A DNA stretch of 64,000 nucleotides, from the NCBI GenBank assembly GCA_048213135.1, contig PS015054.1, forward strand, positions 23,090-87,089, given 5' to 3'. This stretch comes from Reclinomonas americana ATCC 50394. Taxonomy: Eukaryota. The notes below the pieces were generated by a model that searched no databases, was not told the origin of the DNA, and worked only from the letters and a program-made list of their open reading frames with translations. Of the stretch, positions 25,501 through 40,049 are shown piece after piece; the stretch's first letter is position 1; each line of letters opens with the position of its first letter. A program made the position numbers and the translations under genes.

Positions 25501-28180
25501 ACACGTCGATCTCTGTCTCTCTCCCTCTCCCTTTCTCTCTCTTCCTTTCGCTCTCTTCTCCCTCTCCCCGCTCCCTTTCGCTCTCTTCTCCCTCTCCCCT
25601 CTCCCTTTCCGTCTCCTTCTCTGTCTTCTTTTCCCCTCTCCTCTCCCCTCTCCCTTTCCCTGTCCCTTTCCATCCCTCTCTCCCACTCGCCTCCACAACG
25701 CTGGCCGACGTGGTCTCCGTCACATCCGAGGGCGGTGTTGGCAAAAGCAGTGGGGCCGCAACTCGGTCGCGGCCTTGCACACGAATGTCTTCACTGGCAC
25801 TGCGTCCCACGGCAGCCTGTGACCCAGCGCGCTGACTCGCCTCCTCGTCGTCCGACGGCGGCTCCAGATACGAAAACACGTCTCCGACACCTGCCACACA
25901 CTCCACATTGAAGCCACGCAAGGCAATTGCACCAGTACGACACACAAGACTCACCTCGATCTCGATGGCTGGGCTCAAACACTTCCGTGTCGCTCTTCTC
26001 CTCCTCCTCCTCTTCATCATCATCATCATCATCGTCATCCGATTCCTCCTCACTGTCCTCTTCGTCTTCATCCGACTCCTCATCATCGTCCTCCTCCTCG
26101 TCGTCGTCGTCCTCATCATCATCATCGTACTCGTCATCGCCTTCTTCGTCAGCCCCGTCGCCAGCAGCCCACCAATCTGTCGTCGATTACACAGTTAAAT
26201 TCTTCGTTTCCAAAAGATCTCCTCAGCAACACACTCCCTCGACTCACCGTCGTCATCGCCAGCAGCAGCAGCAGCAGTAGCAGCCGCACTGACTGCTGCC
26301 GTCTTCCCCTTGCCGGAAGCCTTTTTCGGTGAATTGGCTTGTGAGGGACGAGGCGACGATACCGAGCGTTCACGCCAGCTGAGCGCGCGCATGGAGCCTG
26401 TCTTTTCGTACGAAATGAACCCGGTGTCTGCGCCCCGGTCGCCCTCCTCCTCCTCCTCCTCCTCCTCCTCCTCTCCCTCGTCGTCATCGCTTCTGTGCCG
26501 AAATGGCGCATCGCTACTCTTCGAGCTGATTTCTCGACCTCCCTTGGCCTCAAACTCGTCCTCCGACTCGCCATCGCTCCACTCTGTCACCACGCACCAT
26601 CGTGAGAAAGGCAGCACGCGCGTACTCGGAAAAGCGCAGCGCCAATTGCAAACGCAACCATCGTCATTGTACACTTCCTCGATCCACGCGTTGAAATACC
26701 GCACCACATACTGATGATTGAGCCGCGAGAGTGTGGTGACCTCGCGCAGGATCTTCTCCTGCTCCTCTGCACTCTGCAGCTTGATCTTTTTCACGGCATA
26801 AAAGTTGCCGTCCAACTTGTTACGAACCTGCCAAAAAGAGTCAAAGACACCCCGGTGAGTGGGTGGCAACAGTGGGCAACATTTTTTCTTCTCTCTCACA
26901 CACACCCGCACGACAGAGCCGAAGCCGCCTCGACCAATGAACTCGATCTCATCAAAGTCGTTGCGGTAGCGCGAGTGCGACGAGGGCACGTGCGTTTGCG
27001 ACGCGTTGCCGACTGCCACACACCAAGCACATTTGAGAATCAAACACACACAGACGGGAGGGCGCAATGCTCGAGAGCCACGCAACGACTCTGCATCGAC
27101 GGCACTGTGCGAATGGGTGCCATCTCCTCCGCCGCACGCAGCGCGTGCTGCATCTTGCTGGCCGTCATCACGCCCGACTTTTGCAACGTGCGCATGAGGT
27201 TGTCAAACGCCGCAAATGGCATGGTTTGAGCGCCCGCCGGAGGCGAGCGAGCCGTCTCCAGATACTGACGATAGTGGTGCAGGAAGTGGCCGAGCAGCAT
27301 CTCGTCGTCACCCAGTCCATCGTCGTCGTCGCTGCTCCCACTGCCACCACCACCACCCCCACCACCACCGTGAGTGGCAGCTGCGTTGCTCGCACTTGCA
27401 CCGCCGGCGGACGACGGCTCTGGCATTGCACTGCGCCGTTCACCCACTTGGTCCGCCACATTGAGCGTCTTCTCAAAGTCACTGGCGCCTGCATGCTTGT
27501 GCAGCCGCGACCGAGCTCGCGCAACCATCTCCGACGAAGGCTCCTGCACGCCGGCAGAGTGAGCAACTTTACACAGTGAAAAATGAGCTGGCCCTCGCAC
27601 TCACCTCCACCACGGGCTTCTTGACCGCCTGCGGCGTGAGCTGCTTGAAGCGCTGCGAGCCGAGCTCGTTTTGCAGGAACAGAATGAGCTCGTACATCAT
27701 GGGGTCGCCGATGCGCGCACTGGCCTGCAAGCTGGTGAGCGATTGTCGCACAAACAACAAGTGGCATGCAGCTGCGACGGCACCTCCTTCTTCATCAGAT
27801 CATCCAGTCGATCAGCAAGCGCCTGCGACACATTCCGGCCGGGCAGCACTTGCACACTCGGCATGCCGTTCGGATAGTTGGGAGGGTAACTACGGTAGAA
27901 AAGACAACATCGCACCCGCAGTGAGCAGCAGCAGCAGCAAGGAGGCGACAAGGAGAACGCACCTGAATCGCAGTCTCGCGGAACATTGATCGGCATCATC
28001 ACTCACTGCGAGCCCCCATTCATTCATCATCATTCATCATCATCATCAATGCATCACATTCTCCTCACCAACAATCTCGAAACGACGCCGCGTTTTTCCC
28101 TTGTGCTGCTCATTGAACTCACGAAAGTTCTCCACGCCTTGCCGCAGAAAACTCAGCTCGTCCTCTGCAGCCTTGTTCAT
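19555..28180 (-). CDS. GCN2: eIF2-alpha kinase GCN2 (RWD, kinase with long acidic insert, HisRS-like, C-terminal domain); spans an N-gap
   Basis: RWD: YPPNYP, GDPMMYELI. Kinase: SRYRNDFDEIEFIGRGGFGSVV, VRNKLDGNFYAVKKI, LREVTTLSRLNHQYVVRYFNAWIE, HRDLKPCNIFLD, GDFGLA. HisRS-like: INHLALL, VAHGGCYDAL. The C-terminal exons near 19555-19900 are less certain. Confidence 0.93.
25310..25515. repeat. Degenerate ~80 nt tandem triplication in a GCN2 intron
   Basis: Three copies of gcgctca..(g)cct/tct...atcatcgagcaca...cgatc. Confidence 0.6.
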
Positions 28181-28397
28181 ACTCTCTCTTTTCCTCAGTA
28201 TGCCACTCTTTTTCACAAGAACAGAAGTCTCCTCTAAGCACAAAGACACGCACACACAAGCACTCTCTTGAACAAACACAGGAGAGGTGCTTAGCACGCC
28301 ATCATCTTGAAGAGCGACACTGCGCTTTTAAAACACACACTTACAAACAAACAACACACTAAAGTCAGTCGATCCGCGCGCATTCACTCACACACAA

Positions 28398-28657
28398 ATG
28401 GCGTCGCGTGTGGCACAGCTGCTCCGCTCTGGTTCCGGTGCGGGAAGTGGGGGTGACGTGCTCTCCACTGCACTGCGCGCGCAACGTGTGCTTGTGCGCG
28501 GTGCAGGCGGTGTCACGCGCGTGCCCAGTGTGGTCGACGGTGATGATGTGGCCGACTCCTCGACCAGTGTCAGTGTCGCTGGGGCAAAGGTGGTGTGGAA
28601 GAAGCCGGTGCTGTCAAGGCGTCAGCTGGCGGTGTTGCGAAAGGTATGCACATGTGA

Positions 28658-28719
<62 letters not shown>

Positions 28720-29364
28720 ATTGATTGCATCGTGCATTGGAGATTGATTGTGTGTGTGTGTCTGTGTGTGTGAAGGATGCGGTGGCGAGTGGTGTTGAGT
28801 GGCCGCTGGAGGTCAAGCCGCGGTCGACACGGTCGTTTACGCGAGAGTTTCGTGTGTCTTTTCTTGCTTGTTGTTGTTGTTGGTGTTTGTTGTTGCGGTT
28901 GCTGACGCGCGTGGCAAACAAAAGGTGCAAGGGGCCGCGCTATCTGCGAGATAAGCCCAAGCGGTGAGTGTCTCTCTCTCTCTCCCTCGCCCCCCTCTCT
29001 CTCATGGTGTGTGTGTGTGTCACTGTATCTCTCCCTCTTTCTCTGCTTCTCGCTGTCTCTCCTCGTCCCTCTGTCTCTGTCTCTTTCCTCCCTTCTCTGT
29101 GTATGTGTCTCTCTCTTTCCCTCGCTCTCTCTCTCTTCCCTTCTCTCTCACCCTCTCACTTCTCTCTCTCTCTCGCAGGGAGGCACGCATTGTGGCGGCG
29201 ATGAAGGACATGCCGCGGCTCATCAAGGAGAAGAAGGATGTGCGTCTCACTTTTCTTCTTGCATTGCGTCGTGTGTCACGCACACAATGAGTTAACTGTG
29301 CGTGGTGCAGGCGGCTGCCAAGGAGAAGCAAAAGGAGTTGGATCGGGAGCGCTTGTACAAGTGA
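28398..29364 (+). CDS. Mitochondrial ribosomal protein mL59 (MRPL25-like), 5 exons
   Basis: WKKPVLSRRQLAVLRK|DAVASGVEWP, KGPRYLRDKPKREARIVAAMKDMPRLI matches the mL59 pattern. The R/S/L-rich N-terminus resembles a mitochondrial presequence. Confidence 0.75.
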
Positions 29365-29892
29365 GCGCAGCGTGGCGGCGTTGGTGAATTACGAAGTAGA
29401 ATTCTTTCTCGTTGGCGTCAACAATGTGGGGTTTTGGAAGTGACTTCACAGCGACATTATATTGCCAGCAACACAGCCTGCGTGTGGATGCGTACCACAC
29501 GCAGGTTGCACAGGAGCAAAGCGGGAGGGAGGTAAAGGAGGAAAAAAACACACAGCAGCAACGACCAGTGAACGCAGGGAGACACGGGAGGAAGCAAGCA
29601 CCGCGACATGATGAGAACCGTCCGCGCACTCACTCATGTGCACACACACGCACACGCACACACACACATACATACGAAGTAGAGAAGCAGCGCCCTGCAC
29701 AAATCGGCAAGACACAATCGGTTTTATAAAGCACACACACCCATCCAAAAACGAGCACAACAACAACCGAAGGCAGGGAGACAAAAGGGGGGAGGAGAGA
29801 TAGGAGAGGGAAAGGAAGTAGAAACGCCCACCCGCAGAGAGGACGGCAAGCCATACGAGACGAGTCAGCGTGTGCACGCAAAACGGGTCATC

Positions 29893-31980
29893 TCACTTCT
29901 TGTTTGTGTCGGCGCGAGTCGAGTACAGCGACATGAGCACGTTGACGTACGCCTGCAGCGTGTTGGCAATCTCCTTGCCCTGCGCGACGAGAGACAGAGA
30001 GAGAGAGAGAGTGAGCAAGATGGAGGCGAGGCAGTGGCTGGTGACCATGTGAACGCAACAAAGCGAGTCTCGAACTGGAACTTCTGCTTGGACACGGTGC
30101 CGGACACGAACGCGAATGCCGAGTGCTTGTAGGCCCACGAGTAAATATCCGAGAACGAATGTTGCATGAGTTGCTCCTGCCGTGGCAAAGATGAGAAGCC
30201 AGATACCAAAAACAGCACAGCCGGAAGACTGTCACGCACCCTTGTGTCCTCGGTGAGCAGCATGATACCGTCGCAGTTGACGGCCAGCAGCAGATCGTCG
30301 GGCAGCTTCATTTCCACTGCGTTTGTCAACTGCGCGTACGAGAGTGAGTGCCGGCGGTCGAATAAGCTGGAGAATCCTGGCCCGAACACACACACAAACC
30401 TTCACTTTCCACATTGTTGCGCCGTACAGGTACCACTTGGACACGTGCTCCAGGTATCGCACCTCAGCCTCGCGCTTGCTGTGGCCAGTGAGCTGAATGT
30501 GCTCCTGGTAGATCAACCTGCACCGGAAACGAGTGAGAACCACTGCGTCGACTCCGCATGTCCCGAAGAGCAAGCAACAGTACCTCTCCCACTGGTCAGG
30601 TGGGTTCGATCGTACCAAGTAGCCCGGAATGTACTGGTGAATCTTGGATCTGTGGTGTGGGGCGTGGCGCGTCTTGAGCACACATGGGAGGACGACAAGC
30701 GGTGATCTGCAGCACGCAACTGCAAGAAACCAGGTACGTGTGTCGCATCTTTGTGGTCACCAAAGTTGACTTGCATTTGAATGCCTGAGAACACACACAA
30801 ACACGCGTGCGCGTGCGCGGTGGTCAGTCGCCCGATCACAATCACAGCTACTTTCTTGTCAAACACTGTCGCTCACCAGCCAGCGCGACAGCGTCCTCTT
30901 GCACGCATCGGTAGTTGCCATTGATGACATCGGAGACGGCCTGTGCGCACACAACCCCTTCCCCGTCAGTCACAGATCCTGCATATAGCCAGAGTGAGTG
31001 CGACTTGCCTGAATGTACAGCATGTGGATGAGGGCCTCGTCGTCCACGGGCAACGACTCGCGCAGGAAAATGCGATACTTGAACACGAAGCGGGCCTCTG
31101 CACAAGCACAGAAGAACTATCTGTCAGCAGCCCGCATAGCGTAGCGGTGCACGGTGACATTCGCGCGCAACGTTGCTCCCACTTGGTCTTGACTTGCTCC
31201 TGCAGACAGACATGATAATGATCAGCACACTCTCAGCATGCAAATACATACATGCCCATGGAAAACAAGTGCACGCACCCACTCCTCTCGTCCCTGGAAA
31301 TCGACAACGTTCTTGTCGGCGCCGTTTGTCTCCCACACCATGATGCTCAGTGGCTCCTCGGCATCGTCCAGGCACCGTTCTGCTCATCAATCGTCAGCAA
31401 CAATCAACAATTTGAGTCTCTTGCCCGGTATTTCTTCACACACCCTCGCTGTTGCGCTGCAGGAAGATCTTGAACCTGTAGTAACAGCATCGTTGCGTGC
31501 GTGAGGAGAGAGAGAGAGGAGTGCGCACGCGTGTCTCACACGCACCGGTCACTGTCGGGCAACGTGAGCTTCTCTGCCAACAATGAGCACAGCTGCTTGG
31601 CAGTCGTGCTGCTGTCAATGGCCACCGTCTTGAACGAGTCGTCCACTGAGAGAGAGAGAGAGAGAAGGAAGAGAGCACACGTAAGCAACAGCCTCACGCA
31701 TTGTGAGTTTGAATCTGAGAACACACACACACGCACAGACACACACAAGAAAGAAGACTGCCACTCACACGCGCATTTGCAGACACAGAGAAACGCACAG
31801 CATGTGTGTGTGTGACACACGCACGAGGAGGAAGAAGAAGAGGGGCGCAAGAAGCGGGACCCATTTCTCCGCCATGTTCACGTCTACACACACACACTCA
31901 ACACACACACTCATTCTCTCTCTCTCTTCCGCACCCAAGTAGACTCGGAACACCAACTTCGGCTTCTTCGTCTCCGCCAT
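29893..31980 (-). CDS. Stand-alone FERM (band 4.1) domain protein
   Basis: F1: LVFRVYL..DDSFKTVAIDSSTTAKQLC. F2: HMLYIQAVSDVINGNYRC..DAVALAGIQMQVNFGDH, AEVRYLEHVSKWYLYGAT. F3: LLLAVNCDGIMLL, IYSWAY, QFETRFGKEIANTLQAYV. Confidence 0.9.
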
Positions 31981-32208
31981 GGATGCTTATCAACACACTC
32001 AAAAAAACAAAAAAGTCGTCCCAAGCAACACACGGGCTGCCTTCTGTGTCGCGTAACACACACACACACGTGCGCACACAGTGATGAGCAAGTGAGCGTG
32101 AGTGACAAAACACACACACGACAAACACGCACCAGGCGAAAAAAAAACGATGTGAGTGCGTGCCACGCCAACGAAATCTGTCCTCAGCGCTCGCTCACTG
32201 GTCGATAC

Positions 32209-33111
32209 ATGAGCAGGCGACCGCCTTGGCGCTCAGTGATCCCTCCTTCCGCCGCCGCTCCCGCTCCTCCTCCTCCTCCTCCTCGATCATCATCGCGAGC
32301 GCCATCGCCGCTGCCGCCAGTCCGCGTCCAACCGCGAACGAGTGACGCGCAGGAGCAGCAGGTGCTGCGCGAGCTGAGCTCGGCGTGGGGCGGCGCCGCG
32401 ACGTTGTCGACGCAGTACCAGGTGCACCGGTTACGTCGCCGCCAGCAGCAACAGGACGAGGAGGAGGAGGATGAGGCGGAGACCATGTGGCGTTCGAGTC
32501 GGTTTCGACCGGCGGTCCTCAATCGCGATCGTGCTGGTGGTGGATCGTCAGCTGCTGCGTCTGCTGCAAATTCGGTGCTGGTGCGCGGTGTGGTGGATAT
32601 GATGAACGCGGAGCCGGAGCATGCGCTGGGCGTGTTCGATCTGTTGACTTATGAGGAGCGATTGGCGCTCGACGATCGCCTGCTGCCCAAGCCGGGGCTG
32701 TCGGCGGCCGAGTTTCGGCGTATTGCCTCGGTGACTGTGGGCGGTGATGAGCCGGTGAGTGGCGTGTCCCCCCCGCTTGTCTCGCCTCGCGCGGTCGCTT
32801 GCTCAACTTTGTGTGTGTGGAGCAGGTGACGTGCGCCGTGTGTCTCGACGATATGCCGCCGGGCGTCAGTGTCAAGCAGCTGCCCTGCTCGCACTCGTTT
32901 GTTGCGTGTGGGGCCTGCAATATGCTCTGTGTGGTTCCACTCCTCACTCCTGCGTTGTGCAGCACCTCCGCTGTATCCAGCCGTGGTTCAAGACCAACAA
33001 GGTTATTCGGATAAAAAAAGTTTTGCTGTGCTGTGGCTCGTCTGACGCCTTCTGCAGCTGTGTCCCATGTGCCGCGACGACGTGAGCAGCAGCTTGCAGA
33101 AGGAAAAGCAG

Positions 33112-33146
<35 letters not shown>

Positions 33147-33375
33147 GGGTGGCTCATCGCCAGCGTGTTCGACCACCGCTGCGGCCTCCACCGCGTCTCC
33201 GTCGTCGGCCTCTTCTTCCGGAACACCGCGGCGCCCTCTGCTGGCGCGACCAGTGCCGCAGCAGGCACGACAGCAGACACAGCAGCAGCAGGAGCAGGAA
33301 CAGCAGCAGGCACGTCGGCGGCGACCCGTGTTGCAACGTTCGACGTTGTGGGCGGGCGTCCGCGGCCAGTCATGA
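32209..33375 (+). CDS. RING-H2 E3 ubiquitin ligase
   Basis: Spliced CAVCLDDMPPGVSVKQLPCSHSF|HLRCIQPWFKTNK|LCPMCR, followed by a poly-Q tail. Confidence 0.9.
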
Positions 33376-33497
33376 CACCGACCGTCGCAACAACAAAGAC
33401 AGACCGTGTGAGCGCAGGAGGTGCCTAACTGTGTGCGTGTGTGTGTCACGTGTGTGTGCTCGCTCACTGCGCGAATCACAGAGTACTCTCGTCTATC

Positions 33498-34685
33498 ATG
33501 AACGAAGCGGATCCGGCCGAGGTCATGGCCGACTGTGACCTCTCGCTCTTCCAGGAACCGGAGGGCTACTTCCGCGAGCGGGATCCGCCGCACGAGGAGT
33601 GCTACGATCGACCAAGTTACGCATGCATTTTGCCCTCTCAGATCGCCATCATCATCTCATCTCCCTCCCACCCTTCTCTCCTCCATCACACAGGCGGTCA
33701 CGGTCCCCCACTGCATCTGCACTTTATCGGCAAGCATTCGTTGTGGGGCCACCTGCTGTGGAATGCCTCGCGTGTCACATGCGAGGTGTTGGATGGAGTT
33801 GATGTCGACTTGCCGCACTACTCGTGCGCTGGGCGTAGCTTTGTCGAGTTTGGCGCCGGTGCCGGCGCACCGGCACTGATTGCCGCTCTCAATGGCGCCT
33901 CTCGAGTCCTCATCACCGACTACCCAGCCGACGATGTCGTGCAGGTGTTGGAGGTGAGTGCGTGACCACCAGGCCTTTCCATCCAGCCGATTCTGATGAT
34001 GTACCTCATGCTGCAGCGCAATGTCGCCGAGAACATTGCCGATGAGACGATACGATCGCGTGTGTTTGTGGAGGTGCGCGTCGAGTGCGACGAGCCATCC
34101 CCGCGGCTGCCTCACAAGTGGGTGCGCAGGGTCATTTGTGGGGCAAGGATCTGGAGGAGCTCGTGGAGCGGCATGGACAGTTCGACGTGTGCATCCTCGC
34201 CGACGTGATTTTCAACCATGCGTTCCAGCGAGAGCTTCTGCAATCCACCAAGCGACTCATGGCGCCCAAGGGCGAGGTCTGTCTCTTGTCACGAGTCGTG
34301 TGATGGCCGTCGTTGTAACTCACAACAGAGGTGGGGTGGACAGGCGCTGGTGTTCTTCTCCCATCACAAGCCACACTGCGCGCACCTCGACATGCAGTTC
34401 TTCGAGATGGCGCAGTCCGACGAGTTCCGCATGCGCGTGGAGAATATCGGCTATCGCCTGCGCAAGCCCATGTGGTTCGTTGCATGCGCCCCATACAAGC
34501 ACATTGCCTGTGTGTGTGTGTGTGTGCAACAGACTCGCTGACTCCCATCCACGCGGCGCAGGGAGAAAGACTTCGGTCCCGAGATCATGCGTGCCACCGT
34601 GCAAATGTTCCGGCTGACACACCGTGAAGATGACGACGACACACCACCGCCGCCACCACCACTACCGCTGCTGCCACCGCAATGA
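33498..34685 (+). CDS. EFM7: Protein N-terminal/lysine methyltransferase EFM7 (NNT1-like, family 16)
   Basis: LFQEPEGY, GKHSLWGHLLWNAS, VEFGAGAGAP, LITDYP, GHLWG, ILADVIFNH, VFFSHHKP. Confidence 0.88.
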
Positions 34686-34747
34686 CTCCTGCTGTGGTGG
34701 TGAAATATTTTTGAGATTGTTTACACGAGAAGTATTGTAGAGGCGCG

Positions 34748-35990
34748 TTATTCGTCGAGGTACTTGATTTTGGGCTCGATCGGCCACACCAAGTCTGCCC
34801 CGCAAAAGAAAAAAGCGGCGATGGATTGAGATCGATACGCGTGGTTTCACGCACGAAACAGACACACACTCACCTCCATCGAGAACAACCTCGACATCCG
34901 AGTCGTACACGCCGAGAAAGTCGTCGAGCTCAAACATGTCCTTGTTGGTCACCAACTCCTCCACTTTTTCGTTGTACGGCAGGCGGGCGCCGAACTTTTG
35001 CAGAATCGTCTCCATGAATGCTTGAAGTTTTTGCTGCGAGAAAGAGCGATGAGCTGGACGTGCAACGGGCGAGCGCGGGGGGGCGAGGAGACGCAACTGC
35101 CTTCAAGTCGGTCATCTCAAAGCCCATCTCCAGCAGCACAGCATACGCTTTGTGTGCATCCTCCTGCACCTCGTCTTGCTCCTGTCGACCGAGCGAAGCA
35201 CTCGGCGCCGCAATCGCCACATCCTTGCACGCCCACAGATTGAAGCCACGACGTGAAATATCCTCGGTGAACGCCAACACGCGCGTCTTCAGGAACTGCC
35301 TGCTGGTGCCTCGCTGATGCGCCTGCACCGCTCGCATCAACTGGAACACAGACTTCGAAGGCCCTACAACAACAACAACAAGAGAAGGGCTTGACGACTT
35401 GCTCTCCTTGTGCCAGCAGCTTCAGCGATCTCACTCACCCTCGACCATGTGGATCAACGCACGCGGATAGATCAACAGGAAACCTGTGACATAGTCGGCG
35501 CTCTTGACGTGCGACTCGTAGAACGCTGCCGACAGACAGGGGGTGAGCGAGAGAGCATCGGGCCACAGCGCATTGTGAACACACTAACGCACCCTTGACC
35601 GCATCAATGTCACGTCCCTCCGCCGGCAGCGATGAAGCGTACAGCACTCGGATCAACAGCTCAGAGTGCGCCTCCCACTGTGTCCCAGCATGTTAGTCAA
35701 CAGGCCGTGTGTGTGTGTTCGTACGTGTTTCTGTCTCCCTTCCCTCTCTCCTCCCCTCTCTCCCCTCTTCTCCTCCACCTCCCCCCACTCACCCTGACAT
35801 GCCGGTTGACGCGCTCCAGCACCACATGATGCAAACTCTCCTGATCCACCTCCTCAATACCCGCCCCAGGCAGTGGCGACACTGCACCCGCACCCGCTGC
35901 ATCCACTGCTGGTGGCGCAGCTGATGCTCCAGCTGCTCCAGCTACTGCTGCTGCTGTTGCAGGCGCTGCTGCCTTGCCCTTCTTTTCCAT
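34748..35990 (-). CDS. TEX47/DYBLUP(MOT7)-like BLUF-related axonemal protein
   Basis: RVLYAS, VTGFLLIYPRALIHMVE, RVLAFTEDISRRGF..W, C-terminal DDFLGVYDSDVEVVLDGDLVWP; matches my recollection of the TEX47 family pattern. Confidence 0.72.
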
Positions 35991-36070
35991 GCGATCAAAA
36001 CTGCACGGTGACAGATGGCAGCAACACGTCATCGCGATTGTCCGCAACGGCTACTTTCGTGCAACTAAAC

Positions 36071-37576
36071 ATGCAGTCGTGGCCCCGCGAGGAGCCGCAG
36101 TTCAGCTCGCAGCTTCTGCACAGTCAGCTGGCTGTGCGCAACCAGTCGCGTGCGACTACAAATGCGACTGCGACTGCCGCTGCTGCCTCTGTGTCCATGG
36201 TCGCCGATGAGAATGTCGATCGAGAGGGCGCGCCAATGCCGGTGAGCTCGGTGTCGGAGATGGTGCAGGCGATGCGCAAGTCGCTGCGTCGGCAGAGCTA
36301 TGGAGTGCCTCCGCCTCCGCCTCCCCCATCACAACACGCATCAGCAGCACAAGCAGCAACACAAAACAGCATCGGTCAGTATGCGTCTTTCTCTGTGTGC
36401 ATGTGTGTGCGGCTGTCCGTGCTGACTCGTTGCGTGCAGATCAACAGCAGCTGTCGCCTCCACCGCAGGCGCTCTCGTCGTGGGACACACTGATGAATCG
36501 GCAAGCAAGTGGTGCGTCTGCATTTGGTGCTGGTTTGTTGGTCCTCGTCTCTCCTCATGTGCGTGTGTTTCGCTCGTCGAGCAGACGGCACGGTGGCGGA
36601 TCACAGGTGTGTTGCGAGTGGTGTGCATGCGGGTCTCGCTGAAAGCTGCTCACACGTGTTGTGGCCAATGCAGTCGACCATCGCGACCATTTTCGCCGTC
36701 CAAGTACCCTGCGCTGCTGGCTGCGCTGCCGCCGTCGCTTGTCGCCACTGATCCCACTCTGCAGGCCAGTTTGGGGCATCCACACAAGCCGCCAGTACCT
36801 CCACCCACGTCGAGCACACAGTCGTCGTCGTCGTTGACAACAACACCGCGACTGGCGCGCTCGCAGACACCAGTTGGTGGCGCGGAGACTCCGTCCGCCG
36901 CCTTCTCGCGCTCCCTCCCGCCACCCGCCGCCGCCACCGCCGCCCCTTCATATGCAGCCACGGCCTCCACACCACGTTCCATGAGCTCTGCAGGCCGATC
37001 ATTGACCGACGGTGTGTCGCACGCTGCCGCCCGTACTTTGTGTTGTTGCGATGCTCATCTCTTGTCGAACGCAGAGTTCTTCGGTTCCAGTGGTCCTCTG
37101 TCTGCTCGGCGACGCAACGCAGCATCGCAGCCGCCGCTCTCCATTCCCGCATACACTGCCTCGTCTTCTGCACCCTCGGCTCGTCTCATCACCGAGTGGT
37201 TCCCGGTGGAGTCGCTGCAGCGCTTCCGTGATGCTCTGGCCACGGCCACGACCACTGAAATGTTGCGTCGGGCGATGGGCATGCCGTTCTTGCCGTGCAC
37301 ACTGACACTGACACTCCACTCTCGTTCCTCGTGCGTCACCCAACAGTGCTGCGCTGCCGCGTGAGTTTCGTCTTGCATTCGCCTTGCATCCTCCGTCCTC
37401 CACTCCTCTCACGCTCTTTGCCTCTCAGATACACGCTGGCGCTGTCGGCCATCGCCGAGGTCATTCGGCGGCGAGTACCCGGTGCCGGAGGCGGCAACAG
37501 CAGCCACCACGGCCCATCTCTTTCGTCGTCGGCCATTTTCTCCTCACAATCTCTTTCGGCTTCTCTGCTGGAGTGA
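36071..37576 (+). CDS. Hypothetical Pro/Ser-rich protein, multi-exon
   Basis: ATG at 36071 with open exonic segments and a helical C-terminal region (EWFPVESLQRFRDALATA). The 3' splicing is unresolved. Confidence 0.5.
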
Positions 37577-38255
37577 AGCAGGTTGTTGTTTTTTTTTCCT
37601 CTTCCAGTCCTTCGCTGCGATCATTTTTATTTTCTTGCGGGGGGTGGTAGAGCGACACCGCTCTTTTGGATATTTCCCAGTTATCGGTCAGCGTCAAAGG
37701 GAAAAGAAAAAAAGGGAGAAGGAAAGAGACAGAGGAGGCTCCGCAATAGAGACCGGGAGAGTGCGAAGCAGAGGAGGCAGCAACACAAGTGGAAGACGCA
37801 GACAAAACTTCAGCAGCAAAAGCCACTGCAGAGCAGGAGGGTAAAAATGTACACAAGGACGCGGCGCTTACAGTCCGCGAGGCCGCTCGCGGACAGGCGG
37901 CAGCACTGCTGAACACGATTCCTGGCTTGCCAACCATACACACAAACACACAGACCAGCTCTGAGAGAGTGAGAGAGAGAGAGATAGACAGAGGGGAGAG
38001 GAGGAGGTAGAGCGAAAACAAAACGAACACAACAAATGGAGAGCAAGAAGGAATAGACACCACAGAGGCGAGGCGACGCGGCGCATCAATGCGGACGACG
38101 ATCGACCACGCAACCGGGCGGGCCAACAAAAGAGCGACACGACATGAGGAAGCGGGGGGGAGGAGGAAAAACTACAAGTCATATGAAGCACACACACACA
38201 CACATATGGAACTGAAAAAACCAGAGACTGCAACAGAGGGTGGCAACCAGGCTCC

Positions 38256-40049
<1,794 letters not shown>

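Noticed and set aside
32901-32962. Alternative reading of GTTGCG donors as non-canonical TT-starting introns shifted by one base
   Set aside because: Shifting both junctions would change the essential RING-H2 His to Asp; GT-AG cleavage fits better.
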